Shown here one piece after another: positions 1-10,782 of a DNA stretch of 64,000 bases. The stretch's first letter is position 1, and each line of letters begins with the position of its first letter. The translations under genes and the position numbers were made by a program. The notes beneath the pieces are model-generated. The model had not been told where the DNA came from, made no database searches, and saw only the letters and a program-made list of their open reading frames with translations. The DNA is from Thermoproteota archaeon (lineage in GTDB: Archaea > Thermoproteota > Thermoprotei_A > Sulfolobales > Ignisphaeraceae), in NCBI GenBank assembly GCA_030550585.1, contig JAUQPB010000003.1, positions 100,333 through 164,332 of the forward strand, in the 5' to 3' direction.

Positions 1-459
1 AACATTGTTGCAGTAATGCTTATAGCTCTTGGCTCTCTGCTCATTGCACTAGAGTTTATGTTTCCAACCCATGGTCTGCTAGGAGTTGGAGGAATAATAT
101 CACTTCTATTTGGGGTCTTACTCATGCCCATCTCTCCAGCTACACAAATAGCACCTAGTTTTATAGAGAGCGTCAGAACATTTGCAATAATACTTGGCGG
201 TGGTCTCACAGGCTTCTTCTCCTTCATATTATACAAGGCTATAGAGGCAAATAGGAAAAGAAGAAGAGCTGTGTCTAAGATATCGAATAACGTAGCCAAG
301 GTTGTTGAGCGTATAGAGCCAGGTAAAAGAGGTAGGGTGGTGTTTGAGGGTGAGTACTGGTTTGCTGAAAGTGATGATGTTCTAGAGCCAGGCGAAGAGG
401 TTGTTGTAGTTGATAGGAAGGGCTTTGTTTTGATAGTTAAGAAAAAGAAGCAGGTTTAG
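1..459 (+). CDS. NfeD family membrane protein, C-terminal part (5' truncated by window edge)
   Basis: Hydrophobic helices (LEF..PTHGLLGVGG) followed by OB-like NfeD tail (GRVVFEGEYWFAES..LEPGEEVVVV); frame is open from base 1. Confidence 0.85.
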   Translation, partial: NIVAVMLIALGSLLIALEFMFPTHGLLGVGGIISLLFGVLLMPISPATQIAPSFIESVRTFAIILGGGLTGFFSFILYKAIEANRKRRRAVSKISNNVAKVVERIEPGKRGRVVFEGEYWFAESDDVLEPGEEVVVVDRKGFVLIVKKKKQV

Positions 460-479
460 TTGAAGAGAGTTATACTGCT

Positions 480-1190
480 TCACTCCTCCTCTTCTTCCTC
501 AACCTTGGGCATTGGTACAGCAGCAACCCTTTCTCTAATCGCATTCATTATTTTTAGCGCTTCATCATAGCTTACATGCTTAGCTGTCTGCATGACTGCC
601 GACAATGTCGTTTTTAGGGATTCCTCAACTGTTTTGCCGGGCTGTATCTCAAGCCTTATCTTCTCAAATATTGCGGGGGTCGGCTCTATCACAGCCCCTC
701 TCTTCAAAATCGCAAGAGTGTCGTTAACCGGTGTTAGAATTGCTGCGCCCACCTCCCTCTCGCCAAGCTTTATTGCGAAAACCACATCGCCATCAAATGT
801 CTCGCCAAGTTTCGTTACATCGTATGCCACAGCAGCTAAAGCAACTTCAGATGCCTTTGACACCAGCTGTTTTACAATAGAGTCTACCTGTTCTTGGGGA
901 ACCCTTCTGAAAACCTCTACAGATAGGGTATCCCACTTCCACACAATATTCTTATTCGCCTCATCCACTTCATATTCAATTCTAATTCTGACAACATCGC
1001 CTTTATCGATCTTGAGTTGCTCAACAAACACAGAATATAGTAATCTGTTTAGCTGGGCCACTGCAAACGCTATCTTCTGCCCCCACTCCTTGTCCCTTCT
1101 TATATAGTCCCTAAGCTGAGCAAACATTGTCCTCCTGATCTTATCAGCATATGCACCAGCTATTACAAACCCAGAGCTTAGCCTAGCCAC
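480..1190 (-). CDS. DUF2258 / ThermoDBP-related single-stranded nucleic acid-binding protein
   Basis: N-terminal LSSGFVIAGAYADKIRRT...KGDVVRIRIEYEV signature of DUF2258; 236 aa with acidic tail; GTG start after GGTGA SD. Confidence 0.8.
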   Translation of the reverse strand: MARLSSGFVIAGAYADKIRRTMFAQLRDYIRRDKEWGQKIAFAVAQLNRLLYSVFVEQLKIDKGDVVRIRIEYEVDEANKNIVWKWDTLSVEVFRRVPQEQVDSIVKQLVSKASEVALAAVAYDVTKLGETFDGDVVFAIKLGEREVGAAILTPVNDTLAILKRGAVIEPTPAIFEKIRLEIQPGKTVEESLKTTLSAVMQTAKHVSYDEALKIMNAIRERVAAVPMPKVEEEEEE

Positions 1191-1269
1191 AGTCTCACCC
1201 GATAATACGTTTTCTGGTAAAAACTCAAAAACTTATCTGATTTATGAACATAGAGAGTGACCTAAATAA

Positions 1270-2631
<1,362 letters not shown>

Positions 2632-2635
2632 TTTT

Positions 2636-2848
2636 ATGAAGATAGAGGTTGAACTAGTTGAAACATATAGATATGAAGGTATTCCTGGAACAAGATTCAG
2701 GTTTAGAATCAAGGGAACGAATATATACTTTAATGTCACAGCAGACAATTTAGAAGAGGCGGCAGCAAAAGTTGAGCAAATGATTAGAAATCTAGAGCTT
2801 GACAAATATTTAGAGAAGGTGATGAAAGATGACGACAAAAAAACTTAG
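2636..2848 (+). CDS. Small hypothetical protein
   Basis: ATG 4 nt after aminotransferase stop; overlaps next gene; protein-like composition. Confidence 0.7.
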   Translation: MKIEVELVETYRYEGIPGTRFRFRIKGTNIYFNVTADNLEEAAAKVEQMIRNLELDKYLEKVMKDDDKKT

Positions 2849-3083
2849 ATGTATGGTATGTGGAAGGCTATTTCATGATGGACAAGGAGTAAAAATTGTT
2901 GCAGGTGGGAAAGAGCTTTATTTCCATTCAAAAACATGTGCACTAAAATTCTTTAAAAGTATGGTTCTATATATAGATCGAGAAGAGCTCGAGAAATCCG
3001 TTTCAGCAACACTAAAAGAGTTTGAGAATAGACTTAAAGAAGTTGAAGAGAGGAGTAGAAAAAGGATAGAGGACATGCTATAA
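2829..3083 (+). CDS. TRASH/YHS-like metal-binding small protein
   Basis: CMVCG...LYFHSKTC pattern (treble-clef, one Cys replaced by His); GGTGA SD. Confidence 0.65.
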   Translation: MTTKKLRCMVCGRLFHDGQGVKIVAGGKELYFHSKTCALKFFKSMVLYIDREELEKSVSATLKEFENRLKEVEERSRKRIEDML

Positions 3084-3086
3084 AAT

Positions 3087-3449
3087 CTATGTTCTCGGCG
3101 AATAAATGGGGCACAATGCACAGACATAAAATGCAGAATTAACGTTGAATCTTGTTATCCCATCTCTATCAATTACCGCACTATCACCAAGATTCTTCTT
3201 AACCTCATCAGCAACTTCTTTTGGCATTTTCCAACCCATACAAACACCATTTGAATTCATCTTACATGTCAACATCTTCCAACGACCAATCAAATTACTA
3301 ATATATGCAAAATTCTTTGCTTGTTGCACTACACTACTTAGACTATCTATGTTACGTATTAATTCCTCGATCTTCTGCCTAAGTTCAACAACATTTTGAT
3401 GCGGCATAAACTCTGCCAAGAGATTTGCCTCCGAAACATTTTGTGACAT
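3087..3449 (-). CDS. Hypothetical protein with coiled coil and Cys cluster
   Basis: 120-aa ORF with GGTGT SD; C..C..CALC residues. Confidence 0.65.
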   Translation of the reverse strand: MSQNVSEANLLAEFMPHQNVVELRQKIEELIRNIDSLSSVVQQAKNFAYISNLIGRWKMLTCKMNSNGVCMGWKMPKEVADEVKKNLGDSAVIDRDGITRFNVNSAFYVCALCPIYSPRT

Positions 3450-3724
3450 CTAACACACCATCATAAAATTAACCAGTGAATAGATTAAAAATCGAGAGAC
3501 TCATTAATACAAAAATTTTAGAATACACCTATAGGCCAGGATGTGGAGACAATTCTATATTATTTAAATCCAACTGCTACAAAATGAAGATCTGCCGATG
3601 GAAACATTGAAATCTTCGAGAGGTAAAGGCCACCTCTAATTTCAAATCAAGCCTACCTAAAACCACACTAAAGGTGTTATCATTATAGTTAGAGATGGAA
3701 AAACAAAAACTTTTCTACACCAAG

Positions 3725-4213
3725 CTACTTTCTCTGTGCCAGCATATTGTCTAGCGCAAGTAGCGCTGCAGGAGAATCTTTAACTAGCTTTACTTTTGCT
3801 AGTAAATCAGCTGCGTTTTTCTCCTCCTCAACTTGTTCGTCTATAAACCACTTCAGAAATGACTCTGTTGCTTTATCTCCCTTGCTCCTTGCTAGCTCCA
3901 CCAAGTTCCATATCTTCTTGGTGTTCTCTGTTTCTGCTCTATAGAACTCCTCAATAGCTTCTAAAATGCTGCCCCAACCAGATTTTGGTTTTGGCACCTC
4001 AAATAGTTCTACTCTGCCACCCCTATCAATGATATAGCTGTAGATCTTCATAGCATGTTCAAGCTCTTCTCGAGCCTGAACCTTAAAGTAGTGAGCAAAA
4101 CCACTAAGACTTAGTTCATCAAAGTAGCTGGCTATAGAGAGATAGAGATACGCATTCTGAAGCTCCTGATTGAGTTGCCTATTAAGTGCTTCTAAAACCT
4201 CTCCACTAAGCAT
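3725..4213 (-). CDS. ftnA: Ferritin (non-heme)
   Basis: LNRQLNQE..Y, EELEHA, FLKWFIDEQVEEE ferroxidase motifs. Confidence 0.93.
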   Translation of the reverse strand: MLSGEVLEALNRQLNQELQNAYLYLSIASYFDELSLSGFAHYFKVQAREELEHAMKIYSYIIDRGGRVELFEVPKPKSGWGSILEAIEEFYRAETENTKKIWNLVELARSKGDKATESFLKWFIDEQVEEEKNAADLLAKVKLVKDSPAALLALDNMLAQRK

Positions 4214-4235
4214 ATCATTTCACCAGCTGTAACCA

Positions 4236-4287
4236 TTATGTCATAAATTATATTTAAATATAACTTTCTTGACCAAACTAAAGTCAA
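4236..4287. promoter_or_regulatory. Ferritin promoter region with palindromic elements
   Basis: TTATG-T-CATAA (4236-4246), perfect palindrome TTATATTTAAATATAA (4248-4263, contains TATA box), TTGAC-N9-GTCAA (4269-4287). Confidence 0.45.
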
Positions 4288-4497
4288 AAGGTATTGAACA
4301 TTGCATTTTTTCTAACTAGCTTATCCTTCAATCTTCTGTTTACCAGTCTTCGCAACTCTTATGAAAGGTCTTGAAGTAGAGACTAATGTTCTTTAGGAAC
4401 GTATTCAATGTTATCAAGACAACAAAAATTCATTAGTTATCAATTCATTGGTGTTAAAAAAGCGAAGGCTTTAGTTGTTATATAGAGCATTCTTTGG

Positions 4498-4585
4498 TGG
4501 TGCGGGGGGTGGGATTTGAACCCACGCAGGCCTACGCCATCGGGTCCTGAGCCCGACCCCTTTGACCTGGCTCGGGCACCCCCGC
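4498..4585 (-). tRNA. tRNA-Leu(CAG)
   Basis: Reverse complement GCGGGGGTGCCCGAGCCAGGTCAAAGGGG-TCGGG-CTCAGGA-CCCGA-long variable arm-GTGGGTTCAAATCCCAC-CCCCCGCA-CCA; intronless, CCA encoded. Confidence 0.97.
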
Positions 4586-4673
4586 ACTATTTCCATGTCT
4601 AGCATTCATACCGTGTTGTAAACTTTAATTTTGTGGTTTGATAAACTTATCTGTTGTTGCATTTATTATTTGA

Positions 4674-4874
4674 TTAAGCAATACCGTTTTTCGAATTTTG
4701 GAGTAGTTTCTCTAACTTGTTTTTATCATCGACTTGTTTAAGAATGCTAATGTATAACTTTATTGCATCTCTAATGAAATCAGATCTGCTTTTATAATGA
4801 TGTTTCCTGCACAAGTCTTCTATTTCGCTTAGTGTTTCAATATCGATTTTTACAGAAACGACCTTGGTTGCCAT
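4674..4874 (-). CDS. Ribbon-helix-helix (CopG/Arc/MetJ) transcription regulator
   Basis: KVVSVKID beta strand + SRSDFIRDAI helix motif; ATG at 4874 preferred over ORF-track start 4910. Confidence 0.8.
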   Translation of the reverse strand: MATKVVSVKIDIETLSEIEDLCRKHHYKSRSDFIRDAIKLYISILKQVDDKNKLEKLLQNSKNGIA

Positions 4875-5212
4875 AATATCTAGTTCAATTTCAGCATTTC
4901 TATATCTCATTTATATCTACCTCCACTTTGCTACAGACAATAATTTTATGTGGCGAGCTATTTATCTATATCTATCAATGATGCCACATACCAGAAATCT
5001 ATGTAGCTTCATAGTATTGCTGCAACAGCTGTGCAAAGTTTGTACCATAATAAAATTGTATAATAATGCCAGGTATTACTTTAGAAATGCTTAAAATATA
5101 TTTATAAACTGCTTAAGTTAGCCTCTTATTAAGGCTCTGTTATTAAGCTTGATGCTAATTGGGTAGCCAGCTTATATATTTTTATGAAAATTAGTTATTC
5201 TTATGGGAATTT

Positions 5213-5638
5213 TTGATGAGATCCTCAGCTGAAGATGTTTTAGAATATCTGATCATAAAGGTGCTTGCAGGCAAGGATAATGTTGTCAATGCGCTATCTG
5301 ATTACTTTATTGTTGGTGAGAGCCCTAGTGTTGTGGCATTAAAATATGGTTTGAGCAAGCATCAGGTAAGGGGATATGCGCAAAGAATCATCGAAAAAAT
5401 GGGTTCTGCCACAAAGGCGAGGGTGCTTTTAAAATATGCTGTACCAGTTGTAATTAAGATTAAGCCCATTGTGAAGAAGCTCAATGGCGCATTTGTTAAG
5501 TGTATGGTCTGTGGTGAGGAGCTTCCAATACAGATTATAGAAGACCATATAAGGAAAAAGCATGCTGCTATCGTTGAAGAATACATGTATTCTACAATAG
5601 AGTTGATCAGAAGAAACATCGCTGTTGAAAGTCGTTGA
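5213..5638 (+). CDS. Hypothetical protein with HTH-like segment and C2H2 zinc finger
   Basis: SPSVVALKYGLSKHQVRGY (HTH-like) and CMVC-x11-HIRKKH. Confidence 0.7.
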   Translation: MMRSSAEDVLEYLIIKVLAGKDNVVNALSDYFIVGESPSVVALKYGLSKHQVRGYAQRIIEKMGSATKARVLLKYAVPVVIKIKPIVKKLNGAFVKCMVCGEELPIQIIEDHIRKKHAAIVEEYMYSTIELIRRNIAVESR

Positions 5639-5688
5639 GGATACAAAAGGGTTTTAAGTTCTAAGCCTGATAATACTCAGTCAAAATT

Positions 5689-6132
5689 ATGATCAGGATT
5701 TGGACAAAGAATGAATTTCTAACTCACATCCCTAGAGGAAAGCATATTGCCATAGCTATTATGTTGATATATAGAGACTTGGCATGTGGTGGAAAGCCCT
5801 GTTTATTTGCTTCGCTTCCTTATGGTAAACATGACGATGTTGAATTCATTCAAAATATTGTCGACTCTCTTGCAAAATTGAATGAGATCTCATGTATAAT
5901 AAGTTTCTGTAGCAATATCCCAATAGTTAGTAAGAGTGTCGTTGGCTTATGTAACGGCAATCACTCTGTGGCTAAGCATAGATATGATGAAGCTTTGAAA
6001 TGTTTAACATTTTCAGACTTGCTGCTTGTAATATCAAATAGTGCCTTCATTCCAAGGATGCTTGCAAATCTTCTCTGCATAGCTCAGATGGAAAGCGTTG
6101 AAATCAATATTATAAATCTTAACAATACCTAG
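5689..6132 (+). CDS. Hypothetical protein
   Basis: 147-aa ORF filling the gap; no recognisable motif. Confidence 0.5.
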   Translation: MIRIWTKNEFLTHIPRGKHIAIAIMLIYRDLACGGKPCLFASLPYGKHDDVEFIQNIVDSLAKLNEISCIISFCSNIPIVSKSVVGLCNGNHSVAKHRYDEALKCLTFSDLLLVISNSAFIPRMLANLLCIAQMESVEINIINLNNT

Positions 6133-6136
6133 ACAC

Positions 6137-6661
6137 TTACTTTAGTTTTTTGGCCATCAGATACGCGTCTTCGCCATCGAGATAATATTCCTCAAGCCTT
6201 TTTATTATTACGAATCCCAGCTTCTCATAAAGCTTTATTGCAGGTGCATTACTAACCCTAACCTCGAGATATGCTTCTGATGCGTCATATGAATATCCTA
6301 GAGCCCCTAGAACAGCTGATAAGAGATATGTTGCTATGCCCCTCCTTCTAAAGCCTTCTCTAACAGCAATGCTTACAATGTGACCCTTCTTAACCTTTTT
6401 ATTTGGATCGAAAAACGATTCTCCTTCCTCAATACGGGTTAGCACATAGCCAACAATACTATCATCAACTTCAGCAACGTAGAAAACATCGCCATACTTA
6501 TTCAGATGCTCCAACCAAAATGAAAGGGGGTAGTGCTCAGGTAAACACTCAATGTTTATAGCAATAACATAGTCTATATCCTTCTCAGAGGCCGGCCTTA
6601 TCCTGATATGCATAGCGCTATTCATTTCATTTACCCTTAACAACAAGATTGCATTCCACAA
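6137..6661 (-). CDS. Ard1/RimI-type N-terminal acetyltransferase (GNAT)
   Basis: LPEHY, GHIVSIAV..RRRGIA, YLEVRVSN..AI.LY, YYLDGEDAYLM; true start probably further downstream. Confidence 0.9.
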   Translation of the reverse strand: MWNAILLLRVNEMNSAMHIRIRPASEKDIDYVIAINIECLPEHYPLSFWLEHLNKYGDVFYVAEVDDSIVGYVLTRIEEGESFFDPNKKVKKGHIVSIAVREGFRRRGIATYLLSAVLGALGYSYDASEAYLEVRVSNAPAIKLYEKLGFVIIKRLEEYYLDGEDAYLMAKKLK

Positions 6662-6698
6662 TATTCAAAGGGATTCAGAAAAATTAAAATACTTTGTT

Positions 6699-7055
6699 TC
6701 AGCCTATTTTCTCATCGATTTTTATCAAATTCAATGCCTCGGCTATTTCTAAAGTCCATGCAGAAAACTCTTTTGCCAATAAATACGTTGCTGTTGCTTC
6801 ATCCACATCTTCATTTAACACCTCTTTAAACACCTCTCTAGCTATACCTGGATCTATTCTCTTCATAAACCTTTGTATCAGATCCTCCATTATTTTAAGC
6901 ATATCAAGAGCGTGCATCGAAACATTTCTAACTAAATCAATATCTTCTTCGTTTGGCAATACCTTTGACAAATCTATACCTCTCTTCCTGGCCTCATCAA
7001 CGTATCTCCTGATTAGCTGGGGATTTTTAACAAGCTTTCCACTACTAAGAAACAT
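6699..7055 (-). CDS. Hypothetical protein
   Basis: 118-aa ORF directly downstream of the aminotransferase on the same strand. Confidence 0.7.
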   Translation of the reverse strand: MFLSSGKLVKNPQLIRRYVDEARKRGIDLSKVLPNEEDIDLVRNVSMHALDMLKIMEDLIQRFMKRIDPGIAREVFKEVLNEDVDEATATYLLAKEFSAWTLEIAEALNLIKIDEKIG

Positions 7056-7061
7056 ATGGGT

Positions 7062-8264
7062 CTATAGCACCTCGCGTAATACATCAGCTAGTATGTGTAT
7101 ACCAATTCTTATGTCATTTTCAGATGGGTTAGAGTAGCTCAATCTCATAGCATCTAGACACTTGTCTTCATTTATGCAAAATCTTTTTCCTGGGGTGAAT
7201 ATTACACCTCTTTTTCTACTCAACTCCAAAATTTTTTCGGTATCAACATCTCTATTGAGTTTTAACCATGTGTAGAAGCCGCCCTTTGGGCTGGTTCTCG
7301 ATACTCCATCTGAAAGCTCTTCATCTATAAGCTCTATCATTATGTCTCTTTTGAGTCTGTACAAACTCTTCGCATATTCGATTGCCTTATCAACAACACC
7401 CTTCTTAAGAGCTGTCTCAACTATTAGTTGGCTTAGAGTAGATGTTCCTAGATCCATGAATTGTTTCATTATATGCATTTTCTTTGCTGTTTCATCATCA
7501 CCGACTATGATATATCCCATGCGCAGACCCGGCGCCAAAATTTTGCTAAAGGAGGATAGATAGACAACACTACCCGATTTATCTATGGATGCTATGGGTT
7601 TTGGTGCTTCCTCTTCAAAAGTTAAGAGGCCGTAGGCATCATCTTCAACTATGACAAAGTTATATCTTTCTGCAAGCTCTAAGAGATATTTTCGCCTCTC
7701 TTCACACATTGTTGTTCCTGTAGGGTTCTGAGCTATTGGCATTGTATAAACAAGTTTAATTCTCTTACCTTCTCTACCATATCTCTTGATAGCATCCTCC
7801 AACATCTCCACTTTCATTCCCTTATCATCAACCGGTATAGCAACAAATCTAACCCTCCTTAACCTAAACACGTTCAAGGCAAGCACATACGAGGGCTCTT
7901 CAACAACAACAATATCGCCAGGATCTATGAAAATCCTTGATATGAGGTCTAAGCCTTGTTGGGAGCCTGAAACAACTATTGTGTTATCTGAATTAGTTTT
8001 TAGACCTCTAGTTCTGTAGACGAACCTCGAAATCTCGTCTATGAGCGATGCAAACCCTGTTGATGGTGCATATTGCAAAGAGTTGTAGCCGTATCTCTTG
8101 AAAACCTCTATAGTAACAGCCTCAATATCTTTTACAGGAATTGTGCGTGGGTCTGGCACCCCACTTGCAAAATTGATTATCTTATCACTTGCTGCCGGTA
8201 TTTCAAGAGAGACAAAGTTCTCTTCTAATACCTTTGCTTCCTGTGAATACAGATCTTTGAACAT
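7062..8264 (-). CDS. Class I/II PLP aminotransferase (MocR/ARO8-like, aromatic/multi-substrate)
   Basis: SGSQQGLDL, QNPTG, EDDAYG, SFSKILAPGLRMG. Confidence 0.92.
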   Translation of the reverse strand: MFKDLYSQEAKVLEENFVSLEIPAASDKIINFASGVPDPRTIPVKDIEAVTIEVFKRYGYNSLQYAPSTGFASLIDEISRFVYRTRGLKTNSDNTIVVSGSQQGLDLISRIFIDPGDIVVVEEPSYVLALNVFRLRRVRFVAIPVDDKGMKVEMLEDAIKRYGREGKRIKLVYTMPIAQNPTGTTMCEERRKYLLELAERYNFVIVEDDAYGLLTFEEEAPKPIASIDKSGSVVYLSSFSKILAPGLRMGYIIVGDDETAKKMHIMKQFMDLGTSTLSQLIVETALKKGVVDKAIEYAKSLYRLKRDIMIELIDEELSDGVSRTSPKGGFYTWLKLNRDVDTEKILELSRKRGVIFTPGKRFCINEDKCLDAMRLSYSNPSENDIRIGIHILADVLREVL

Positions 8265-8376
8265 GTTTTTATGTGTTATGCCAAAAACTATTCACCTAAT
8301 GCATTAAAAATAGCGCTAGGATCCAAAAATATAAGTTTTTATGTTACATCAAATTATTTGAATGGTGTTTTAGACT

Positions 8377-9234
8377 TTGTATCAAAGGGTAGTTGTACCC
8401 TATTGTGGAAAGCCTGCTACAAAAAAATATAGTGGGTTTATCATTGGAAGAAACGAAGTGGCTGTTGATATAAGCTATGTATATATGTCAGTAGCTGACG
8501 AGGCTCTCATAAACTGTATGCTTGTTGCGCAAACTAGCGAATCTGTCTTGGGTTTTGCTGGTGTTGGGAAGGTTATTGGTGTTGGTCTAAATGTTTCTGA
8601 TGTTAGAGAAGGTGATAGGGTGATTGTTTATGCTGACAATAGCGGTGTAGCACAATCTATTCATATAGCAGATAGAAGAGTTCTTATACCATTCAATGCC
8701 AAGGGTTTCAACGATTTAGAGGCGCTGATCATAGCAGTTTTTTCGGTATCTAAAGATCTAGTTGAAAGTGTGAAAGGCACTAATGTATTGATTGTGGGCA
8801 AGGACCTATCTATAATGCCGTTTGCCCTAGAATCCCAGTTAAATTCATCTAAGATGTATACTGTGCCCAGCCATACACTATGGCCTGATATCGTAAAAGG
8901 CGAACATATCTCAGTATATGATACAAGCCCTTTGTATGATGTAGCTGTTGTAGCCACATACGACCCTCTGGTACTGTCGCTAATACTTAGAATGGCTAAA
9001 GAAGGGGCAACCATAATATTACATCCACTGCTAATGCCACTAGCAAAATTTATGGAATTCAAACCGTCTAGCAACATATCGTTAAAGTCTATGAAATTTG
9101 GAGATATAAGCAATGGCATTCAAGTCTATGAGAAGCTCAAAGAGATTGCAAACTCTAGAATAAAACCCTTAGATATATCAACTTATCTTGAAAAGCTCAC
9201 ACACCCCGCAGCAGTAGCTTTACAAAGCTCTTAG
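8377..9234 (+). CDS. Degenerate medium-chain dehydrogenase/reductase (GroES-like) protein
   Basis: LGFAGVGKVIGVG..V..GDRV matches the MDR motif but lacks GHE and Zn ligands. Confidence 0.55.
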   Translation: MYQRVVVPYCGKPATKKYSGFIIGRNEVAVDISYVYMSVADEALINCMLVAQTSESVLGFAGVGKVIGVGLNVSDVREGDRVIVYADNSGVAQSIHIADRRVLIPFNAKGFNDLEALIIAVFSVSKDLVESVKGTNVLIVGKDLSIMPFALESQLNSSKMYTVPSHTLWPDIVKGEHISVYDTSPLYDVAVVATYDPLVLSLILRMAKEGATIILHPLLMPLAKFMEFKPSSNISLKSMKFGDISNGIQVYEKLKEIANSRIKPLDISTYLEKLTHPAAVALQSS

Positions 9235-10779
9235 AAATCTCGCTCTCAGTTCCAGATATTTCACCGGTATACCCATATCAACTGCATCATACCAGGGAGG
9301 TGCTTCCCAGCCATGTCTTATATACCTCTTGCATTCTTGATTCAAAGATGAGAGAGCTTTTTTAAATCCTCCCAGCCCCAATCCATGCAATGCCCATTCG
9401 ATTATAAGCTTCGATGTTTCCCTACTACCCAGCGCAATAACAGCTTGTGCAAAAGCCCAATTAGGATCTAGAATTGAAATGTCTGCAACGCTACTTTTAA
9501 AAGACTTGTAAATGCTGATGTTTTTGCTTGTCTTTAGAACATGCTCTGGTGGGAGATATTGGTATGGAGTCCACGGTTTTGGAACTAGAGGGTTCATGGA
9601 TATTTCAATAAACTTTCTTTTCTTTATAAAGCTTAGTCTATGCATAAAATCCTTAAATGCCTGTATCTCGTCGTCTATGTTTAAATCTGGAAAGCCAGTT
9701 ATTAGATATAGCTTTACGTGATCGAACCCCAATCTATAGGAGGTCTCTAAAACTTCGATGAGATGATCGATGCTATAGCATTTTCCTATTCGACAACTAT
9801 GGCTAGTTACAAGCGATTCTGGCGCCAATGTAATGGTCTTCTGACCTAGAAGTTTTATGAGTTCCAACCTATTCGAATTTGCATGCTCCACTCTTATCGA
9901 TGGAATTGAAGCTTTTATGCCATTGCTGATAAGTTTGCCTAGCAAATGGTCTATACCAGGTACACTAAATAAGGATAGGGAATAGAAAATCGCTCTTGGA
10001 ATCTTAAGAAACTCAATTCCTCTCAATACAATTTTTTCTATCATTGAGACATCTCTATATCTAAATGGGTATAGAACATGAGATTCCATGCAAAATGCAC
10101 ATAAATACGGACATCCTCTAGAAACCTCAACCCTAATTCCATAGCCATAGATCGGCTCTTCATCAGGCGAGTAAAATTGTTGCAGAGGGTGATAGCTGTT
10201 GTCTAAGTCTTCGACAAAACATCTTCTTTTAACATCGGAAAAAGGTGTTGCACTAACACATGGCATATCTTCAAGCATTTTTACAGGATTTTGCTCTGCT
10301 AGAGAATAAACAATTTTGTCTATAATATTCTCCGCTTCGCCAATCACAACAAAATCAACTATTTCCGCTAATGGTAGTGGATTCGATGTAGGTGCTAGCC
10401 CCCCAGCTATAATCAAAGGTTTTGACCACCCCTTATCTTTATGTATTATACCAAGTCTATGAAGAATGAAAGCAGCTGTAACATAGTCTAGTTCAAAGGG
10501 TAATGAAATTAGAATGGCATCAAGCTTTTTAATGCTCATCTCAGTATCTAAAGCCTCGATCCTTTTGCTATCAATATCAAATACATATCTGTAGGCATGA
10601 ACACCCTCTAAGCTATTCAAATATGTATAAGCCATTTGAAAGAATAGCGATGATACAGCTGCTCTGTATGGTATAGTCATCATTATGCCTATCTTAATAT
10701 CGCTAGGCCTACCCCTTTTCGCTATAGTATAGTTTTCTTTTCTTGGTTTAAACACTAAAAAATCACTATTTATAGCCAT
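9220..10779 (-). CDS. Radical SAM protein with B12-binding-like N-terminal domain
   Basis: VEVSRGCPYLCAFC, IIAGG..PTSNP, IGEAE, TLAPES, PKPWTP. Confidence 0.85.
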   Translation of the reverse strand: MAINSDFLVFKPRKENYTIAKRGRPSDIKIGIMMTIPYRAAVSSLFFQMAYTYLNSLEGVHAYRYVFDIDSKRIEALDTEMSIKKLDAILISLPFELDYVTAAFILHRLGIIHKDKGWSKPLIIAGGLAPTSNPLPLAEIVDFVVIGEAENIIDKIVYSLAEQNPVKMLEDMPCVSATPFSDVKRRCFVEDLDNSYHPLQQFYSPDEEPIYGYGIRVEVSRGCPYLCAFCMESHVLYPFRYRDVSMIEKIVLRGIEFLKIPRAIFYSLSLFSVPGIDHLLGKLISNGIKASIPSIRVEHANSNRLELIKLLGQKTITLAPESLVTSHSCRIGKCYSIDHLIEVLETSYRLGFDHVKLYLITGFPDLNIDDEIQAFKDFMHRLSFIKKRKFIEISMNPLVPKPWTPYQYLPPEHVLKTSKNISIYKSFKSSVADISILDPNWAFAQAVIALGSRETSKLIIEWALHGLGLGGFKKALSSLNQECKRYIRHGWEAPPWYDAVDMGIPVKYLELRARFLRAL

Positions 10780-10782
10780 AAG

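Noticed and set aside
592-1107. Antisense shadow ORFs (e.g. 592-1107, 6694-7137, 12227-12667, 24611-25274, 40826-41302, 46922-47350)
   Set aside because: Ser/Ile/Phe-rich reverse-frame products lying opposite well-supported genes.
2829-3083. Ribosomal protein L24e
   Set aside because: Shares the treble-clef pattern but lacks the FCSSKC and basic/W tail of L24e, and is not in a ribosomal context.
4864-5094. 76-aa ORF in the RHH/zinc-finger spacer
   Set aside because: Atypical composition, overlaps the RHH start, no SD; probably spurious.
5213-5252. C/D-like pattern TTGATGA..CTGA..CTGA at the start of the zinc-finger gene
   Set aside because: Spacers are only ~9 nt, the C' box is poor, it lies in-frame in a CDS, and no rRNA complement was recognised.
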